Numbered from the stretch's first letter, positions 1 through 11,745 are shown. The stretch: DNA of 64,000 nucleotides from an uncultured Acidobacteriota bacterium (GCA_963796275.1 CAWCKY010000001.1:192001-256000); one strand, 5' to 3'. Translations and numbers: made by a program. The notes: generated by a model not told the origin, from the sequence alone.

Positions 1-1958
1 ACCACCGAAAGGAGACTTCGCCGTAACCCGCGGCCCCACGTTTGGGAGGGGGGAGGAAAAGGAACTGAAGATAGCTGTCGCCGCATATATCAAGGAGCGG
101 CAGGAGGATCCCGATCTGCTGGTTCCGGCCGGAGAGCGGGCCCGCTATGAGGCCGCCTTCGCGGGCTTCAGCTCCGTGTTTCCCACCGCTTTCTGTCTGC
201 GGGAGCGCGGCCGGTTCTATCCGATTACTTCGATGGATAAGGGCCGCCTTCTCGGGGCCGGTTTCCACAACGTGATGGGATTCTTCCGCGACGATACGCC
301 GCTCATCGAACTCGTCCTGGACGAAAGCGGAAAGAGAGAGCTCGAGGCGCTTTGGCAGGAGTTTGAATTCATCGCCAATTATTCTGTTCGGACCTACTAT
401 CAGTTCATCTTCAATGCGGGAGAGGGCGGAGGAGTTCGACGCAATACCGTGGACCGACCCTCCATAAACGAATTCGCCACGCAATCCGCTATCTTTAAGA
501 TGCGGGACCAGTATCTGGCCAGGGCGTCTGAGGGAACCGACCCATTGATCCTCGAAGCCGTCAAGGATTACTTCGACCGCAAGAACGACCAAATTCGCTG
601 GGTGGAACGCGCGCGTCCGGAAGCGGAACCGCGCCACCTGGACGCCTTATTGAATTTCGCGGCCCGCGCGTATCGCCGGCCTCTTGAGCAGGAGGAACGC
701 GACGATGTCCTCGCTTATTACCGCGACCTTCGCCAGCAGAAAGGGTTGGCGCACGATGAGGCAATTCGCGGATCGATCGCCAGCATTCTGGTCTCGCCCG
801 ATTTTCTTTATCGAGTCGATCTGGTAGACGCTATTAGATAGAAATTCCGCTAAATCGGTGGCCGCGCAGTACCGCCTTCTTTCCGGTTACGCTCTGGCGA
901 GCCGGTTGAGTTACTTCCTCTGGTCAAGCATGCCCGATGAAGAGTTGCTCTTCCACGCAAAGACCGGCGACCTTAGCAAACCGGCGGTGCTGGCCGTACA
1001 GGTCCGCCGTATGTTGAAAGACAACCGGGTGCGCGCTCTGGCAACGGAATTCGGAGGCAACTGGCTGGACTTTCGCCGCTTTGAGAGCCACAACGCGGTA
1101 GATCGCGAGCGCTTCCCCGTTTTTACGAGCGAACTTCGCGAGGCGATGTTCGAGGAGCCGATCCGTTTTCTCACCGACCTGATTCAGAATGACCGCGCCG
1201 TCCCGGAATTGTTATATGGCAACTACACGTTTGTGAATCGCGTTCTGGCCGAACACTACGGCGTTCCAGCAAAAACTTCCGCGGGACCTGACGAGTGGTT
1301 CCGAATTAAGGACGCCCGCACTTACGGCCGAGGTGGCCTGCTGCCGATGGCGGTCTTCCTGACCCAAAACGCGCCCGGTCTGCGAACTAGTCCGGTGAAG
1401 CGTGGATACTGGGTCGCTCGCCGGGTGCTGGGCGAGGCGATTCCGCCGCCGCCACCCACAGTTCCGGAACTGCCGCGCGACGAATCGAAGTCGGATCTGC
1501 CGGTTCGCGATCTGTTGGCCAAACACCGGGAAAATGCCGCATGCGCGTCCTGCCATAGCCGCTTCGATTCTTTAGGCCTGGCATTCGAAGGTTATGGCCC
1601 CGTTGGCGAGAGGCGAACCGAGGATCTCGCCGGGCGGTCCGTAGATGCGCGCGCCGCATTTCCGGGCGGCCGTCAAGGCGATGGCCTCGACGGCCTGCAA
1701 AGCTATATTCGCGCCCGTCGCGAGAAGGATTTTCTCAATAATTTATGTGAAAAGATGCTGGTGTATGCGCTTGGCCGATCGCCAATGATTTCTGATGAAC
1801 CACTTCTCGATGCGATGCGGGCGAAGCTGGCGGCAAGCGGGCACAAGATGTCCGCGCTACTCGAAACCATTGTTACCAGTCCGCAGTTCCTGAACAGACG
1901 AAGTCCGGAGTACACTCAAATGAGGACCACAGAGACCTCCCAAAAGAAAGGTAATTAA
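1..1958 (+). CDS. DUF1592/DUF1595/DUF1588/DUF1585 (Planctomycete-type cytochrome-domain) protein, 5'-truncated by the window, frameshifted near 838
   Basis: Frame is open from nt 2 to 841 (FAARAYRRPL...ILVSPDFLYRV) and continues in 858..1958 (ALASRLSYFLWSSMPD, TSPVKRGYWV, CASCH haem motif). Removing one base near 838 joins the two. Confidence 0.85.
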
Positions 1959-1959
1959 G

Positions 1960-3291
1960 ATGCCTGATCGAATGAATCCATCTGCCAATCGGATCACCCG
2001 CCGCGCGATTCTTCGCGGCGCCGGAGTCGCCATCGCGCTGCCGTGGCTTGAATCTTTCGCCGCCATAGCAGGAACGGCAGGAGGCGATTCGTTTCCTCAA
2101 CGATTTGGAGTGGTCTTTCTCGGTTGTGGCGTCAATGAGGATCACTGGGGATCGCAGGGATCCGGCGCGGAGATGAAGCTGAGCAAGTCGCTCTCGCCTC
2201 TCGAGCCGTGGAAGAGCAAGATCAACGTGATCCATGGGCTTTTCAACAAGGGGGCCACGGGCCTCGGCATTCATCCCCCGCAGACCGGCAGCCTGCTGAC
2301 GGGCGCAACGCTTAGCAAAGGCGCCGTGCTTCGTTCGGGTATCTCGGTTGACCAGATGATCGCCAGCCGAATCGGCCAGGAGACCCTGCAACCGAGCATG
2401 GTTCTCGCTTGCGAACAGCCGATGACCGGATTCCACGAAAGCAACTACTCGATGGCTTACAGTTCGCACATCTCGTGGCAAAGTCCTGAATCCCCGGTGC
2501 CGAACGAAATCTATCCATCGCTGGCGTTCGACATGCTGTTTGAGAACCGCGGTAGCCTGCTTAACCTCAGCATCCTGGACCGCGTGAAAGAGCGCACCGA
2601 ACGTGTTCGCCGTAAGATCAGTTCGAGCGACAACGTCAGGCTGGATGAGTTCATGACGAGCGTTCGCGAAGTGGAGAAGCGCGTCGAAGGCATGCGGAAG
2701 GCCAAGGAGAAAGCGGATGACCTGGCCAAGCAGAAGAATCGTCCGGTATGGAGCCTGGAACGTCCGGCCAACGGTTTGCCAGAAGACCTCCGTGAACACT
2801 CCAAGCTGATGTTGGACCTCATCGCGATCGCTTTTCAAACCGACAAGACGCGTATCGCCACGCTGATGATCACGCGCGACCTTTCGGCCATGTACTATCC
2901 CTTCCTGGAGGTCACACAGGCGCACCACGGCGCTTCCCACTACAACAATAACGATGAGTACGAACGGATCACGCGCTGGCACGTGAGTCAGTTCGCATAT
3001 CTGGCATCGAAGCTTGATGCCATGCCGGAAGGCGACAACACGGTGTTGGATAACTCCTGTCTGATGTTCCTGTCCAACTTGTGGGTGGGAAGAACGCACA
3101 ACAACTCGCGGTTACCTTTGTTGCTCGCCGGAGGGCTCGGCGGCACGCTCCAGACGGGCCGGACGCTGGATTATGTAAATGCCGGCGACGAGAATCGAAA
3201 GGTGTGCAGCCTTTACCTGTCGCTCATGGACCGCATGGGTATCAAATTGGATCGCTTCGGCGACGCGGATGCTCGGCTCGCAAATCTATAA
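1960..3291 (+). CDS. DUF1552 (HXXSHH) domain protein with twin-arginine-like N-terminus
   Basis: ITRRAILRGAGVAIALPWLES, SVDQ and HHGASHY motifs; usual partner of DUF1592 genes. Confidence 0.88.
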   Translation: MPDRMNPSANRITRRAILRGAGVAIALPWLESFAAIAGTAGGDSFPQRFGVVFLGCGVNEDHWGSQGSGAEMKLSKSLSPLEPWKSKINVIHGLFNKGATGLGIHPPQTGSLLTGATLSKGAVLRSGISVDQMIASRIGQETLQPSMVLACEQPMTGFHESNYSMAYSSHISWQSPESPVPNEIYPSLAFDMLFENRGSLLNLSILDRVKERTERVRRKISSSDNVRLDEFMTSVREVEKRVEGMRKAKEKADDLAKQKNRPVWSLERPANGLPEDLREHSKLMLDLIAIAFQTDKTRIATLMITRDLSAMYYPFLEVTQAHHGASHYNNNDEYERITRWHVSQFAYLASKLDAMPEGDNTVLDNSCLMFLSNLWVGRTHNNSRLPLLLAGGLGGTLQTGRTLDYVNAGDENRKVCSLYLSLMDRMGIKLDRFGDADARLANL

Positions 3292-3440
3292 CTAATCAAT
3301 CTGCTCCCTGTGATTAGGGCGAATATGCAGCTCGCTGGAGGGTAGGCAGTTCTCTACGAGCATAAGTCTATCGAGTCAACCTCACTTGGGCTGATCAGTA
3401 AAAACAGCGGAATCAGTTCTGTAGACCTACTTTCCGAGGA

Positions 3441-5531
3441 ATGATGAAAAAAAACGTTACCCAACGTCATCTTGTTCGCACGCCCGTCTGGCACGCTCAA
3501 CTGGCGCTCCTCTTGATTCTCTCGGTGGGAAGCGCCGAAACCCGAGGCGACGCCAAAGATGAGGTGAAGAACAATCCGCCGCAGATCAGCTCGGTTTTTC
3601 CGCAAGGCGCACGCTCCGGCTCTCAATTGGAAGTCACCATAAATGGTCAGAATCTCTCCGGGGCAACGAAGATCATTTTTAGCGAACCGGGCGTGTCAGC
3701 TCGTTTGCTCAAGGCCGCAAACACTAAGGTCGCGGTCAAGTTTGAGGTTGCTCCTCAGGCCACTATCGGCCCTCACTATTTTCGGTTGGTCACATCGCGC
3801 GGTACTTCCAACCTCTTGATCTTCAGGGTTGGCGATCTGTCCGAAACCGAAGAGGCCGAGCCAAACGATACGTTCGAGAAGGCCAACCGTATTCATGCGC
3901 CGGCGACTATCGATGCCAGAATGGCAATGGACGATGACATTGATATGTATCGTCTCAGAGCCGAGGCCGGCGAGCGCTTGATTTTCGACCTGCTGGCTGC
4001 CCGGAACGGATCTGGGGGAGACCTGGCCCTGACGCTGCTAGACGCGCGCGGGCATATCGTCAAACACAGTGAGGATCACTTTCTCTGGGACCCCTTCCTA
4101 AGTTTCGCCTTCAGAGAATCCGGAGAATACTTTCTGGCGATCAGACCTCTTGACGGTCGGGGGAACCCAAATTTCGCATACCAATTGACGATCAGGCCGG
4201 GACCTTATCTGGCTTCTATTTTTCCGCTCGGCGCACAACGGGGGACTTCACCAGAACTGTCGTTGCGTGGGGAGATGTTGGCTGGGGCGACGCGAACCGA
4301 GGTCGAACGCGGCCCGGGGCAAGGGCTGCAGATTGCAGCGCTCAACTCTGCGGTTGATACGGCGACTATTCATGCGCATATCGCAGAGGATGCCACACTC
4401 GGCATATATAATTTGCGCCTGTCGACCGGGGCCGGATGGTCCAACCAGGTCAAATTCTTCGTCGGCGATCTGCTCGAATTTAGCGAAACGGAGTCGAACG
4501 AATCTCAAGCGCAACGCGTGGGCATTCCGGCAACGATAAACGGCCGGATCGAGAAAAAGAGCGATATAGATCGCTTTACCTTCACGGCCTCTGCGGGCGA
4601 ACAGCTGGTCCTCGAGGTGAAAGCGGAAGAGCTGGGCTCGCCCCTGGATACGCACTTGACTCTCTACAATGATAAAGGAGGCGAATTGGCGAGCAATGAT
4701 GATGCGGAGCCAAGTAACCGCCTGAATCGCGACGCGAGGCTGGAATTTTCTGTCAAAGAGGCGGGCGATTATTCTCTTGCGATTCGCGATCTTTCACGGC
4801 TCGGCGGCCCGGACTATGGCTACCGGTTGACCATCAGGAAGTCTGCTCCGACTTTTTCCCTGAGTTTCGATACGGATCGGCCGATTGTCGAGCTAGGCGG
4901 CTCGGGGACGTTGAAGATCACCGCCAAACGCCAGGAAGGATTCGATGGTGAGATATCGCTGGAAGTCCTGGGTTTGCCGAAGACGATCAGTGCTGCTCCA
5001 GCGGCAATAAAAAAAGGGGAGACGCAAGCTTCGATCGCCTTTAAATGCGATAGCGGATCCGCCTCTGAAGTATTTCCTATCAAAGTCGCCGGCGAGGCGA
5101 AGATCAACGATAAGGATGTCAAGCAATTGGCCAGAATGCAGGCTAGAGTCTCCGGCATCGGACCGGGGTACACTACCGCCCAGCTTGTTGAAGTGCCTTT
5201 GGCGATTACGGAACCGGTTCAATTCAATCTCGAAGTCGACGCCACTCAAGTGCCGCTGGTACGAGGCGGCAGCACGGAGTTCACGGTGACGGCGAAGCGG
5301 CGGGCGGGCTTCAACACGGCGATCGCGCTCGTTGTCGAAAATCTCCCCGCAGGCGTCACGGCTGAGGAGGTTCAGATCCGCGAAGACGGGAATCATGCAG
5401 TAGTTAAGCTCAAGGCAGATGAGACGGCCGTCATTGGCCGGTACCTGGATGTGGTGATTGTGGGTAAGGCCAAATACGGCGAGCGCGAGGAGGTCCAGCA
5501 GGCTCCCAGGATTACACTGAAAATTGATTGA
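3441..5531 (+). CDS. Secreted pre-peptidase C-terminal (PPC) domain protein
   Basis: Signal peptide, SVFPQGARSG, EAEPND, DDDIDMY and GSPLDTHLTL repeats; typical of DUF1549/1553/1501 clusters. Confidence 0.8.
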   Translation: MMKKNVTQRHLVRTPVWHAQLALLLILSVGSAETRGDAKDEVKNNPPQISSVFPQGARSGSQLEVTINGQNLSGATKIIFSEPGVSARLLKAANTKVAVKFEVAPQATIGPHYFRLVTSRGTSNLLIFRVGDLSETEEAEPNDTFEKANRIHAPATIDARMAMDDDIDMYRLRAEAGERLIFDLLAARNGSGGDLALTLLDARGHIVKHSEDHFLWDPFLSFAFRESGEYFLAIRPLDGRGNPNFAYQLTIRPGPYLASIFPLGAQRGTSPELSLRGEMLAGATRTEVERGPGQGLQIAALNSAVDTATIHAHIAEDATLGIYNLRLSTGAGWSNQVKFFVGDLLEFSETESNESQAQRVGIPATINGRIEKKSDIDRFTFTASAGEQLVLEVKAEELGSPLDTHLTLYNDKGGELASNDDAEPSNRLNRDARLEFSVKEAGDYSLAIRDLSRLGGPDYGYRLTIRKSAPTFSLSFDTDRPIVELGGSGTLKITAKRQEGFDGEISLEVLGLPKTISAAPAAIKKGETQASIAFKCDSGSASEVFPIKVAGEAKINDKDVKQLARMQARVSGIGPGYTTAQLVEVPLAITEPVQFNLEVDATQVPLVRGGSTEFTVTAKRRAGFNTAIALVVENLPAGVTAEEVQIREDGNHAVVKLKADETAVIGRYLDVVIVGKAKYGEREEVQQAPRITLKID

Positions 5532-5625
5532 AAATCCATTTGAGGGGCGGTAAGCTGCATCCGCTATACCTGCTGTATTCCCGACCAATCTGGTAAAAAG
5601 GCGTTTCAAAAGGCAATTCAAAAAG

Positions 5626-8161
5626 GTGATTCAAGATGCTGCAACATTATGTAAGCAAACTGAACATGTAAGCAAACTGAACGGGAAAGGCGTCTCTCAC
5701 CTGGTAAAGATGGTGATCCTACTGACAGCCTCGATTGGGGCTTTTAGTCTGATCATTCCCGTCACGGGGGCCAAAGGGCAAAGATCATCGAGCGGAAGTG
5801 GCGCGACTCTCGTGCGCCTCTCGCTCGAGCCGGAACAAGCGCTCATCTTTGGCGCCCAACTCACTCAGACGCTGATCGTCACTGGAAAGTATGCTGATGG
5901 AAGTTTGCGGGACTTAACCCGCGAGGCCTCTTTCACATCGAGCGACCCGGCGGTTGCGACTGTTGACGCGAGCGGAACGGTCAAGGCGATCAAAAACGGT
6001 CTGGTCTGGATCATTGCGAAAGTGGGTCGCTTGAGCGCGCGTCAATCCATCCGTGTGAAGCTCGCCGATCAAAAGCACACCATCAGTTTCGTCAATGACA
6101 TTGCGCCGATCTTCGCTCGGCTGGGATGCAGCAATAGCAATTGCCACGGCGCTCTCAACGGCCAGAGCGGGTTCAAGCTCTCGCTCTTCGGCTATGAGCC
6201 GGAAACCGATTACAAGGCGGTGGTTGAGGCGTCGGATGGTCGGAGAATCAATCGTGCAGATCCAGTCAAGAGCCTCATCCTGCTCAAAGCTACGATGAGC
6301 GTCCGGCATGGCGGTGGGAAAAGGTTTGATCTTGGCTCGCCCGAATATCAGGCCCTCAAAGAGTGGATCGAAGCCGGGGCGCCGGCGGGTGGCAGCAACG
6401 AGCGAAAGATTGTCAGCCTGGAAGTGATGCCCCGTGAGCGAGTCCTCGTTCGCGCAGACGCGATGCAACAATTGGTCGTCCTGGCTCATTATGCCGATGG
6501 TACGAAGGCCGATGTGACCCGCAAGGTGCGCTACCAGTCGAACGATGACTCGATCGCCACGGTCTCGACAGACGGGCTGGTCGCAGCCAAGCGCAGCGGA
6601 GAGGCAGCCATCCTCATCCGTTCCCTGGACCAGGTGGCGGCCGCCCGTATTGGCGTAGTGCTAAGTCCCCCGGTGCGCAACTACCCGAAAGTGCCGCGAC
6701 ATAATTTCATCGACGAGCTCGTTTTCAGCAAACTCAAGAGGCTTAACATCGTTCCGTCAGAGTTGTGCTCGGACGAAGAGTTCCTGCGCCGCGCCCACCT
6801 CGACCTGATCGGCGTGTTGCCGACGGCGGAAGAAGCGCGGAAATTTTTAGCCAGCCGGGCATCGAATAAACGAGAAAAACTTGTCGATGAGCTGCTCGAG
6901 CGTCCGGAATACGCCGATTTCTGGGGCCTTTACTGGAGTGACCGGTTATCGAATTCGCGACAGTTTCTCTACGAGAAAGGGACTTTTTTCTTCCAACAGT
7001 GGCTGCGAGAGGCGATGGCGCAGAACTTGCCATACGATCAGTTTGCCAGAGAGCTCGTCACAGCCACTGGCGGCCTCTACGAGGTCGCGCCTACCAGCTA
7101 CTATCCGCTCATGAAGAAGGCCGAGGATATGGCGACGACGACGAGCCAGGTGTTTCTCGGCGTCAGTCTGGAATGCGCCCGCTGCCACGACCACCCATTC
7201 GAAAAGTGGAAGCAGGACGACTTCCTGGGGCTCGCCGCGTTCTTCTCTCAAGTGCGCCACAAAAATCGCATTCGGCAGAATGAACGCGTCCTCTACCTCG
7301 ACCCCAAGCGGGAGTTGTCACATCCTAAGAACAAGCAACCGGTCGTGCCGAAATTTCTCGGCGGTCAAACGGTTAAGGTGGAGCCAGGCCGAGATCGCAG
7401 AGATGCCCTGGCGGACTGGATGACTGAGCCATCGAATCCCTTTTTCGCCAAGGCCATCGTCAACCGCCTTTGGAAACATTTCCTCGGGCGCGGTCTGGTC
7501 GATCCCGTGGATGATTTTCGCGTATCTAATCCGCCGACTAACGAGCCGCTGCTCAACTCGCTGGCCGAGGATTTCATCCGGCATAAGTACGACCTGAAGC
7601 ATCTTTTCCGGACGATCGTGGGGTCGCGGGTCTATCAACTCTCCGCGCAACCGAACCAAACGAACAAAGAGGACAAGCAGTTCTACTCGCGCTTTTATCT
7701 CAAACGGCTCAATGCCGAAGAAATGCTTGACGGGATATGTCGAGTGACAGAGGTCCCTGAAAAGTTTCCGGGCTTTCACCTTGGAACACGGGCCACTCAA
7801 TTGCCCGACCCGAAAGTTCCCTCCTATTTCCTAGATGTCTTTGACAGGGCCACTCGCGAGACTGTCTGTGAGCGCAAGCAGACGACCAATGTAATGCAGA
7901 TCATGCATCTCGTGAGCGGCGATACCATCAATCAAAAGATCCCGGGCCGAAAACAGCTTGATTGAAAGACTCATCAAATCGAACAAGAGCAACCGAGAGA
8001 TTGTCGAAGAGCTGTATCTGAGGACGTTGTCGCGTTTTCCCAAAGAAGAGGAGGCGCATCTGGCGCAGCAGGGCATAAGCCAGGCCCCCGCATCGCGCGA
8101 GGGCTATGAAGATTTGCTCTGGGCTCTGCTCAATAGCAAAGAGTTTTTGTTCAATCACTAA
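5626..8161 (+). CDS. DUF1549/DUF1553 protein with Ig-like (Big_2) domains, frameshifted near 7941
   Basis: CSNSNCHG, NFIDELV, FLRRAHLDLIG, CARCHDHPF and NRLWKHFLGRGLVDPVDD. An extra C in ATCCCGGGCC separates the C-terminal EDLLWALLNSKEFLFNH (7958..8161). Start uncertain, may be 5710. Confidence 0.88.
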
Positions 8162-8220
8162 ATTAGTTATTAGTTGTGACTGCCCGGATCTTCGCCGCGT
8201 TAGCGGCGAAGAGGCTGAGC

Positions 8221-8298
8221 AGTTAATTTCAGTTTTTAGTTTTTAGCTGAGCTGTCTCGATCAGCAACTGAAAACCGAAAACTGAAAACTAAAAACTA
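8221..8298. repeat. Intergenic heptamer-based imperfect inverted repeat (AGTTTTT / AAAACTG)
   Basis: ttcagtttttagttttt ... actgaaaaccgaaaactgaaaactaaaaact; an adjacent hairpin cttcgccgc-gtta-gcggcgaag lies at 8190-8211. Confidence 0.6.
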
Positions 8299-8316
8299 TC
8301 TTCTGCGGAGGATGAG

Positions 8317-9627
8317 ATGACAAAAAAGCAGCATGAATGTTCGCCATATTCGCTATTCGGGCGAAGAGATTTCATACAAGCAGGCGCTCTTGGTTACCTT
8401 GGGCTAGGCTTGAGCGATTACTTAAAGCTCAGATCTGTCCAGGCGGCGGAAAAAGGCGAGCCTGAGATATCGTGCATTCTCCTCTGGCAGAGCGGTGGAG
8501 CTTCGCAGCTCGATACGTTTGACATGAAGCCCGATGCTCCGGCGGAAATACGAGGGCCGTTCAAACCCATCGCCACCAACGTGCCCGGCATTCAAATTTG
8601 CGAGCATTTGCCGCAGACCGCTAGACAGACGGACAAGTATGCCATCATCCGTTCCGTCACCTCGCGCGAAGCCGACCACGAGCGGGCGATCAATTATCTG
8701 CTCACCGGCTATGCTCCCCTCCAGACGATCGAGTTCCCGAGTATGGGCTCGGTTGTCTCCAAAGAACTGGGACCGCGCGATGACATGCCGCCCTACGTGG
8801 CTATTCCGAATACATTTCCCTCCTATGGCGCCGGCTTCCTGGGCGGAGTGTATAACCCGTTCATCTCCGGCGACCCAAATGTGAAGGGTTATCAGGTGCG
8901 GGATCTCAAGCTTCCGCTAGACGTGGATTGGCAGCGGGTGGACCGCCGGCGCTGGCTCTTGAAAATGGTGGATCAGCGCTTCCGACAGATCGATGCCGCT
9001 AACGAGGCTGCAACCATCGATGATTACTATACCCGCGCCTACGACCTGATGAATTCACCGCGGGCGAAGAAAGCTTTCGACATCGAAGAGGAGCCGGAAG
9101 CTATTCGCAATCGATACGGCCGCACTCCCGTTGGGCAAGGTTGTTTGCTCGCGCGCCGGCTGGTCGAGGCCGGGGTGCGTTTTGTGACGGTGGCCAAGGG
9201 GTGGCTCAATTGGGACACGCACGGCAATAACTTCAACACACTTCAGAAAGCGCTCCTCCCCGAAATCGATCCCGCATACGCCACCTTGCTTGAGGACCTG
9301 GATCAGCGAGGATTGCTTGACCGGACTCTGGTGGTGCTCATGGGCGAATTCGGACGCACGCCCAAAGTAAACAATGACGCCGGGCGCGACCACTGGTCGA
9401 AGGTATACACCGTCTGCTTAGCGGGGGCCGGAGTGCGCGGCGGACAGGTGATCGGCGCCTCGGATGCCACTGCATCAGAGGTGAAGGAAAAGCCGATCCA
9501 TGTCGAGGATTTGCTGAGTACCATTTACGATCGGCTCGGCATAGATACGACCAAGGAATATCACACTCCTATCGGCCGGCCTGTAAAAATCGTCAACGGT
9601 GGCAATGTGATTTCGGAGTTGTTTTAA
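8317..9627 (+). CDS. DUF1501 domain protein
   Basis: GRRDFIQAG Tat-like start, GGASQLDTFDMKP, CLLARRLVEAGVRFV, WDTH, GEFGRTP and GRDHW. Confidence 0.92.
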   Translation: MTKKQHECSPYSLFGRRDFIQAGALGYLGLGLSDYLKLRSVQAAEKGEPEISCILLWQSGGASQLDTFDMKPDAPAEIRGPFKPIATNVPGIQICEHLPQTARQTDKYAIIRSVTSREADHERAINYLLTGYAPLQTIEFPSMGSVVSKELGPRDDMPPYVAIPNTFPSYGAGFLGGVYNPFISGDPNVKGYQVRDLKLPLDVDWQRVDRRRWLLKMVDQRFRQIDAANEAATIDDYYTRAYDLMNSPRAKKAFDIEEEPEAIRNRYGRTPVGQGCLLARRLVEAGVRFVTVAKGWLNWDTHGNNFNTLQKALLPEIDPAYATLLEDLDQRGLLDRTLVVLMGEFGRTPKVNNDAGRDHWSKVYTVCLAGAGVRGGQVIGASDATASEVKEKPIHVEDLLSTIYDRLGIDTTKEYHTPIGRPVKIVNGGNVISELF

Positions 9628-9641
9628 GTGAAGCGCAATCT

Positions 9642-10388
9642 CTAATTGCCGGAGAGATTCTTTCCACTGTTTTGCCGCACTGCTGCCGAGAAGCCGGCGC
9701 ACCGGCGGCGTGAAATGGGAACGCGCGCGCCCGTGTTGAGCACGGCCGTCAACACGCCCGCACAGTCGCGCGTTAATTCACGCACGCTCTCCAAACGCAC
9801 CAATGCTTGCCGATGGGCGCGGAGGAAACCGTGATTGCGCAACCGTTCTTCCAGCAATTGCAGCGGCTCGCGATGTAGGTAGCTGCGAGCGCCGACCCAC
9901 AACTGGGCGTAATTTCCGGCGGCTTCAATCCAGTCAATTTCGCTGATGCTCAACACCGTTGCGCCGCGGGCGGTCGTGACGACTATCTGTTCATCACGCG
10001 GCAGACGAGTAGTTGCGCGCAGCCGCTTCAGCAGTCGCTTTATCGTGGCGGCGAAGCGGGCCTCGCTGACCGGTTTGACCAGATAGTCGAGCGCTTCGGC
10101 TTCAAAGGCGCGGAGCGCGAATTGATTGTAAGCGGTCAGAAAGATTACTTCCGGCATGCGCTCTGGCGTGCGGCGGCGGATCACCTCGAAGCCGTCGATG
10201 CCCGGCATTTGAATGTCGAGGAAGATCACGTCGGGCGTGCACGCATCCAATGCCGCCAGCACATCCGCGCCGTTGCGGCATTCTCCGGTCACGGTGAACT
10301 GCGGGAAAGCCGCCAGCAGTTGGCGCACGCCTCGGCGAGCGGCGGGTTCATCATCGGCGATCAAAACTTTCCATTCAGGTTGCTTCAC
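9642..10388 (-). CDS. LytTR-family response regulator
   Basis: Receiver domain (IADDEP, FLDIQMP, DYLVKP) plus LytTR domain (IDWIEAAGNY, FLRAHRQALV). Confidence 0.92.
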   Translation of the reverse strand: MKQPEWKVLIADDEPAARRGVRQLLAAFPQFTVTGECRNGADVLAALDACTPDVIFLDIQMPGIDGFEVIRRRTPERMPEVIFLTAYNQFALRAFEAEALDYLVKPVSEARFAATIKRLLKRLRATTRLPRDEQIVVTTARGATVLSISEIDWIEAAGNYAQLWVGARSYLHREPLQLLEERLRNHGFLRAHRQALVRLESVRELTRDCAGVLTAVLNTGARVPISRRRCAGFSAAVRQNSGKNLSGN

Positions 10389-11535
10389 GATTCAACTCCG
10401 TCGCGATCTCACGATAAGGCAGGCGCAGTGTAGCAATGGTTCCGCCTTCGGCGCGCCTGGTGAGTTCGAGCGAGGCGCGTTCGCCGTACAAGGCGCGCAA
10501 TCGCTCGCGAGTATTTGCCAGGCCGTGGCCTTCCGGCATGGTGAATTCCAGGTCGATCCCGATGCCGTCATCGATTACTGAAAGTTCGATCATATCATTC
10601 GTGCGCTGGGCGGCGATGAGCAAGCGGCCCGCGTCGGGATGTTTCGCTATGCCGTGGCGAATTGCATTCTCCACCAATTGCTGTAAAGCGAAGCTGGGAA
10701 TCAGTGCGGAGAGGAGTGTGTCGGCGATGTTGAACTCCGGCCGCAGCCGATCGGAGAAGCGCGCCTCTTCGATGGCGACGTACTGTCGAACGAGTTCGAG
10801 TTCTTCGCCGAAGGGGACTTCATTCGCGCGATGGCTGCTCAGCGTGGTTCTCAAGACGTCGCTCAACTGTTCGACGATGCGCACGGCGGATTGACGCTCG
10901 TTGTCGCGCACCAGCACGGCAATGGTGTTGAGCGTATTGAAGAGAAAGTGCGGATTCACCTGCGCCTGCAAAGCGGCGAAACGCGCGCTCGATAGTTGCT
11001 CGGAAAGACGCGCCAATTGCACATCGCGTTCGCGCGCCTCGGTGAAGTATCGGATCGCATGCTCCATGCCGACGACGCACAGATACACGGCCACGCCAAA
11101 GGGCAGCGTGGTAAATATCCAGCTCAGCCAATCCACGCCGACCGCACGAAAAATCTGCGCCGTCCCGGCCTGCAGCGCCGTGCGCACGGCATTCGGGTCG
11201 AACCACAGCCCCAGCCCCAGTTGTAGCAGTTTGCCGCTCGTCGCCCAGGCAATGCAGAACAGTAAAGAGAGAGCGAGATGCAGGAAGGCGTGCCGCACAA
11301 GGCGTGGTCTGGTTAACGGCAGGCGTTTTGAGATGGCAAAAACCGCGGGAGTGAGCAAACCGTAAAGCAGCCAATCGCCGCCTTCCCACAGCAAATCCCG
11401 TGTCGTCACGGGATCCCAGCCGTTAAGGTGCGTTTGGGCGATGCGATTGATAGTGGCGAATCCGGCGGGCAAAATCCAGGCCGCCGAGACGAGCATCCAG
11501 GGTTGCACAGTTTGGAGACTTTGAGCGATGCGCAC
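10375..11535 (-). CDS. LytS/YehU-type membrane sensor histidine kinase
   Basis: Several TM helices, AQVNPHFLFNTLN, LQQLVENAIRHG and GHGLAN. Confidence 0.92.
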   Translation of the reverse strand: MRIAQSLQTVQPWMLVSAAWILPAGFATINRIAQTHLNGWDPVTTRDLLWEGGDWLLYGLLTPAVFAISKRLPLTRPRLVRHAFLHLALSLLFCIAWATSGKLLQLGLGLWFDPNAVRTALQAGTAQIFRAVGVDWLSWIFTTLPFGVAVYLCVVGMEHAIRYFTEARERDVQLARLSEQLSSARFAALQAQVNPHFLFNTLNTIAVLVRDNERQSAVRIVEQLSDVLRTTLSSHRANEVPFGEELELVRQYVAIEEARFSDRLRPEFNIADTLLSALIPSFALQQLVENAIRHGIAKHPDAGRLLIAAQRTNDMIELSVIDDGIGIDLEFTMPEGHGLANTRERLRALYGERASLELTRRAEGGTIATLRLPYREIATELNREAT

Positions 11536-11597
11536 GCCGCTACGCTAGCTCAGGAGTTGCCGGCGGACAAGAAAAATGGAGACATCGTCGCGCTTTT

Positions 11598-11668
11598 GAC
11601 CGTTCGCGTCAGCAGACGCGCCGTTCAAGTATTGCTTGTTGTAGCCCCGCTTTTCCGCTGCATAGAAT
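11598..11668 (+). promoter_or_regulatory. Putative LytTR direct-repeat binding site and promoter of the DUF4440 gene
   Basis: CCGTTC at 11600 and 11621 (21-bp period), then a TAGAAT -10-like hexamer at 11663; divergent from the LytS/LytTR pair. Confidence 0.55.
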
Positions 11669-11745
11669 GCCCCATTATTTTTGAAGCTGGACAGCGGTCC
11701 CAACTTTCAGAACCGAACAAAAGAACCGAATCAAAGGAGACAAAA

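Noticed and set aside
1873-3099. Long antisense ORFs (also 55228..56472, 18998..19828, 36605..37375)
   Set aside because: Shadows of well-supported genes on the opposite strand in GC-rich DNA
5649-5682. Exact 17-bp tandem duplication ATGTAAGCAAACTGAAC near the DUF1549 start
   Set aside because: Real, but only two copies in a poorly conserved 5' region; most likely a slippage event that only affects start-codon choice
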